Positions 61,025-64,000 of a stretch of DNA of 64,000 nucleotides are shown here, in pieces. Source of the stretch: Tagaea sp. (lineage in GTDB: Bacteria; Pseudomonadota; Alphaproteobacteria; CACIAM-22H2); contig CBDIIB010000005.1 of the NCBI GenBank assembly GCA_965279525.1, positions 1,792,001 through 1,856,000 of the forward strand. The letters are read 5' to 3'. The stretch's first letter is position 1. The number at the start of each line of letters is the position of its first letter. The notes below the pieces were generated by a model. It was not told where the DNA came from, did not search any database, and worked only from the letters and a program-made list of their open reading frames with translations. Made by a program: the position numbers and the translations under genes.

Positions 61025-62146
61025 ATGTCCGTCGTCCGACCCTACCGCCAGATCCATCGCCGCAAGTGCCGCCAGATCATGGTCGGCAAGGTGCCCGTCG
61101 GCGGCGACGCGCCGATCACCGTCCAGACGATGACCAACACGCCGACGTCCGACGCCGGCGCCACGATCGACCAGATCCGCCGCGCCGAGGAGGTCGGGGT
61201 CGACATCGTGCGCGTCTCGTGCCCGGACGAGGAGTCGACGGCCGCGCTCAGGCAGATCGTGCGCGCGGCGAACGTGCCGATCGTCGCGGACATCCATTTC
61301 CACTACAAGCGCGCCATCGAGGCGGCTGAAGCCGGTGCCGCGTGCCTGCGCATCAATCCCGGCAATATCGGCTCGAAGGACCGCGTGCGCGAGGTCGTGA
61401 AGGCGGCCAAGGATCACGGCTGCTCGATCCGCATCGGCGTCAACGCCGGCTCGCTCGAACGCGAGCTCCTGGAGAAATACGGGGAACCGTGCCCCGAGGC
61501 GATGGTCGAAAGCGCGCTCACCCACGCCAAGTGCCTCGAGGACGAGGATTTCCGCGAGTTCAAGATCAGCTGCAAGGCGTCCGACGTGTTCCTGGCGGTC
61601 GCGGCCTACCAGCAGCTTGCCGACGCCTGCGACTATCCGCTCCATCTGGGCGTGACCGAGGCCGGTGCCTTGCGCATGGGCACGGTCAAGTCGGCGATCG
61701 GGCTGGGTTCGCTGCTGTGGGCGGGGATCGGCGACACGATCCGCGTCTCGCTCTCGGCCGATCCGATCGAGGAGGTCAAGGTCGGCTACGACATGCTGAA
61801 GTCGCTCGGACTGCGCCGGCGCGGCGTGACGGTCATCGCGTGCCCGTCCTGTGCCCGCCAGCAGTTCGACGTGATCAAGACGGTCGAACGGCTGGAAGAA
61901 CGGCTCAGCAAGATAACCGTGCCGATGACGGTCTCGGTGATCGGCTGCGTGGTCAACGGCCCCGGCGAGGCGCGCGAGACCGACATCGGTTTCACCGGCG
62001 GGGGCAACGGCACGCACATGGTCTACGTGGCCGGCAATCAGGACCACCGCCTGAAGGACGGCGACATCGTCGAGCATCTTGCCGAGATGGTCGAGAAGAA
62101 GGCCGCCGAGATCCTGGCGCGCGACGCCACCAAGGCGGCCGAGTGA
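61025..62146 (+). CDS. ispG: 4-hydroxy-3-methylbut-2-en-1-yl diphosphate synthase
   Basis: [42 protein letters not shown]. Confidence 0.97.
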   Translation: MSVVRPYRQIHRRKCRQIMVGKVPVGGDAPITVQTMTNTPTSDAGATIDQIRRAEEVGVDIVRVSCPDEESTAALRQIVRAANVPIVADIHFHYKRAIEAAEAGAACLRINPGNIGSKDRVREVVKAAKDHGCSIRIGVNAGSLERELLEKYGEPCPEAMVESALTHAKCLEDEDFREFKISCKASDVFLAVAAYQQLADACDYPLHLGVTEAGALRMGTVKSAIGLGSLLWAGIGDTIRVSLSADPIEEVKVGYDMLKSLGLRRRGVTVIACPSCARQQFDVIKTVERLEERLSKITVPMTVSVIGCVVNGPGEARETDIGFTGGGNGTHMVYVAGNQDHRLKDGDIVEHLAEMVEKKAAEILARDATKAAE

Positions 62147-62187
62147 TGCCGCACCCGCGCGCGCGCCGCTTCTTGTAGATCCCCATC

Positions 62188-63450
62188 ATGGACGCGCCCG
62201 AAGCCCCCGCGCGCCTCGGCGTCGTGGGCGCAAATCACCGTTCGAGTTCGGCGGCCACGCGCGACGCGCTGTTCGTGCCGGAAGCCGAGATGCGCGGCTT
62301 CCTTGCCGAACTGCGCCGGGCGGGCCTTGCGCAGGCCCTGCTGATCTCGACCTGCGACCGCGTCGAGGTGCAGTTCGCTGCCGCCGACGTCGCCGCCGGG
62401 CGCGCTGCGGTGCTCGACGCCTTCGCACGCCGTCTCGGGCGCGATGCGGGTTCCGAGACCTATGCGCACGAGGGCGAGGCGGCACTTCGCCATGTCTTCG
62501 CCGTCGCCTGTTCGCTCGACAGCCAGGTCGTCGGCGAGCCGCAGGTGCTGGGTCAGGTCAAGGCGGCGCATGCACTGGCGCGCGAAATGGGCCTTGCCGG
62601 CCATGACCTCGACGCGGTCCTCGAGCGCGCCTATGCCGCCGCCAAGCGCGTGCGCAGCGAAACGGCGATCGGCGAACGGCCGGTGTCGCTTGCCGCCGCC
62701 GCCGCGGCCGTCGCGCGCGACGTGCATGGCGAACCGTCGCGCTGTGCGGCCCTGCTCGTGGGGCTTGGCGAGATGGGCGAACTGCTCGTCGAGCATTTCC
62801 GCCGTGCGGGCCTGCGCCAGCTGGCCGTGACCGCGCCTTCGGCCGCGCGTGCGGCCGACATGGCGCGCCGTCTCGAAGCGCATGTCGTGCCCTATGCGGA
62901 GCTTGGCGATGCCGTTGCGAGGGCCGACCTCGTGATCACCGCGCTTGGAACCGGCCGGCCGACGATCGACCCGACACTTGCGCGCGCTGCCCTGAAGGTC
63001 CGGCGCCGCAAGCCGATCCTGTTCCTCGACCTTGGCGTGCCCGACGACGTGGCGCGCGAGGTCGAGAAGATCGACGGCGCTTTCCGCTACGGCATCGACG
63101 ATCTGGAGGGCCTGGCGCTCAAGGGCCGGACGGAGCGCGAGGCGTCGACGGGCGAGGCGTGGGCCATCCTTGAAGCCGAGATCGGCGCTTTCGCGCGCGC
63201 GCGCGCCGCGCGCAAGGCCGACGGCGCCATCGTGCGCCTGCGCCGGCATTTCGAGGCCGAGCGCCTGCGCGTGCTGGCCGAAACCGGCGGCGACGCGGAG
63301 CGCGCCACCGAACTTCTCGTCCACCGCCTGCTGCATGGTCCCACGGCGACCTTGCGCGACCTGGCGCAGGGCGACCCGGCCGAGCGCGCGCACGCCGAAG
63401 CGCTGCTGGCGCGCGCCTTCGGCATCGACGAGACGGAGAACAAGACGTGA
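62188..63450 (+). CDS. hemA: Glutamyl-tRNA reductase
   Basis: GANHR, STCDRVE catalytic Cys motif, SLDSQVVGEPQVLGQVK, AKRVRSET, GLGEMG, DLGVP, LLHGP. Confidence 0.88.
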   Translation: MDAPEAPARLGVVGANHRSSSAATRDALFVPEAEMRGFLAELRRAGLAQALLISTCDRVEVQFAAADVAAGRAAVLDAFARRLGRDAGSETYAHEGEAALRHVFAVACSLDSQVVGEPQVLGQVKAAHALAREMGLAGHDLDAVLERAYAAAKRVRSETAIGERPVSLAAAAAAVARDVHGEPSRCAALLVGLGEMGELLVEHFRRAGLRQLAVTAPSAARAADMARRLEAHVVPYAELGDAVARADLVITALGTGRPTIDPTLARAALKVRRRKPILFLDLGVPDDVAREVEKIDGAFRYGIDDLEGLALKGRTEREASTGEAWAILEAEIGAFARARAARKADGAIVRLRRHFEAERLRVLAETGGDAERATELLVHRLLHGPTATLRDLAQGDPAERAHAEALLARAFGIDETENKT

Positions 63451-64000
63451 GTTTCGACCTCAAGCTCGACAAGGTCGTGCATCGCTACCGCGAGCTCGGC
63501 GACATGCTCGCGAGCGGCACGACCGAGTCCAAGAACCTCGCGAAACTGTCGAAGGAATATTCCGATCTCGGGCCCGTCGTCGCGTCGATCGAGACGCTGG
63601 GCCGCGCCAAGACCGAGCTTGCCGAACTGGAAGCGCTGCGCGCCGGCGACGACGCCGAGATGCGCGCACTTGCCGAGCAGGAATACTTCGCGCTCAAGGC
63701 ACGCATGCCCGAGATGGAGCGCGACCTGCAGGCGATGCTGCTGCCCAAGGACGCCGCCGACGAGAAGAACGCGATCCTCGAAGTGCGCGCCGGAACGGGC
63801 GGCGACGAAGCGGGCCTCTTTGCCGCCCAGCTCTTCCGCATGTACCAGCGCTACGCGCAGCTGCGCGGCTGGCGCTTCGAGGTGATGGAATTCGGCGAGA
63901 CGGGCCTTGGCGGCTGCCGCGAGGCGATCGCCAACGTCTCGGGTGCCGGCGTGTTCGCGCGCCTGAAGTTCGAATCGGGCGTGCATCGCGTGCAGCGCGT
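63447..64000 (+). CDS. prfA: Peptide chain release factor 1 (5' part; runs off window)
   Basis: GTG start; translation gives LSKEYSDL, LLPKD, ILEVRAGTGGDEA, LKFESGVHRVQR. Confidence 0.95.
   Translation, partial: MSFDLKLDKVVHRYRELGDMLASGTTESKNLAKLSKEYSDLGPVVASIETLGRAKTELAELEALRAGDDAEMRALAEQEYFALKARMPEMERDLQAMLLPKDAADEKNAILEVRAGTGGDEAGLFAAQLFRMYQRYAQLRGWRFEVMEFGETGLGGCREAIANVSGAGVFARLKFESGVHRVQR

Overview
High-GC alphaproteobacterial chromosome segment (Rhodospirillales-like by gene content; inference). Most of it is housekeeping: rnd, tRNA-Leu(CAG), gltDB, fzlA-like GST, pyrD, scpA, a 1971-aa polar-landmark-like coiled-coil protein, secA, argJ, mutT, comF, grxC, ubiG, lysC, ptsP, rodZ, ispG, hemA and the 5' part of prfA. 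The standout is an apparently intact ~11.7-kb operon of T7/podovirus-type virion genes (14608-26267): portal, scaffold, capsid, tail tubular A/B, one internal-virion-like protein, tail fibre, large terminase and a 3TM holin. It has no integrase, replication genes, phage RNA polymerase or att repeats, looks host-like in composition, uses host sigma70-type promoters, and lies divergent to a cleavable CI/LexA-like repressor. I propose it is a domesticated podovirus-derived gene-transfer-agent-like system distinct from the siphovirus-type RcGTA. Its capsid leader contains a structured RNA with a repeated internal-loop module. Other points of note: a one-gene islet bounded by a duplicated gene 3' end, a peroxidase-cupredoxin-chemoreceptor operon with a palindromic operator, a glutamyl-tRNA reductase (C5 pathway) in an alphaproteobacterium, a doubly frameshifted antiporter, and paired DnaA boxes. 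All family assignments are by eye from motifs; no searches were run.
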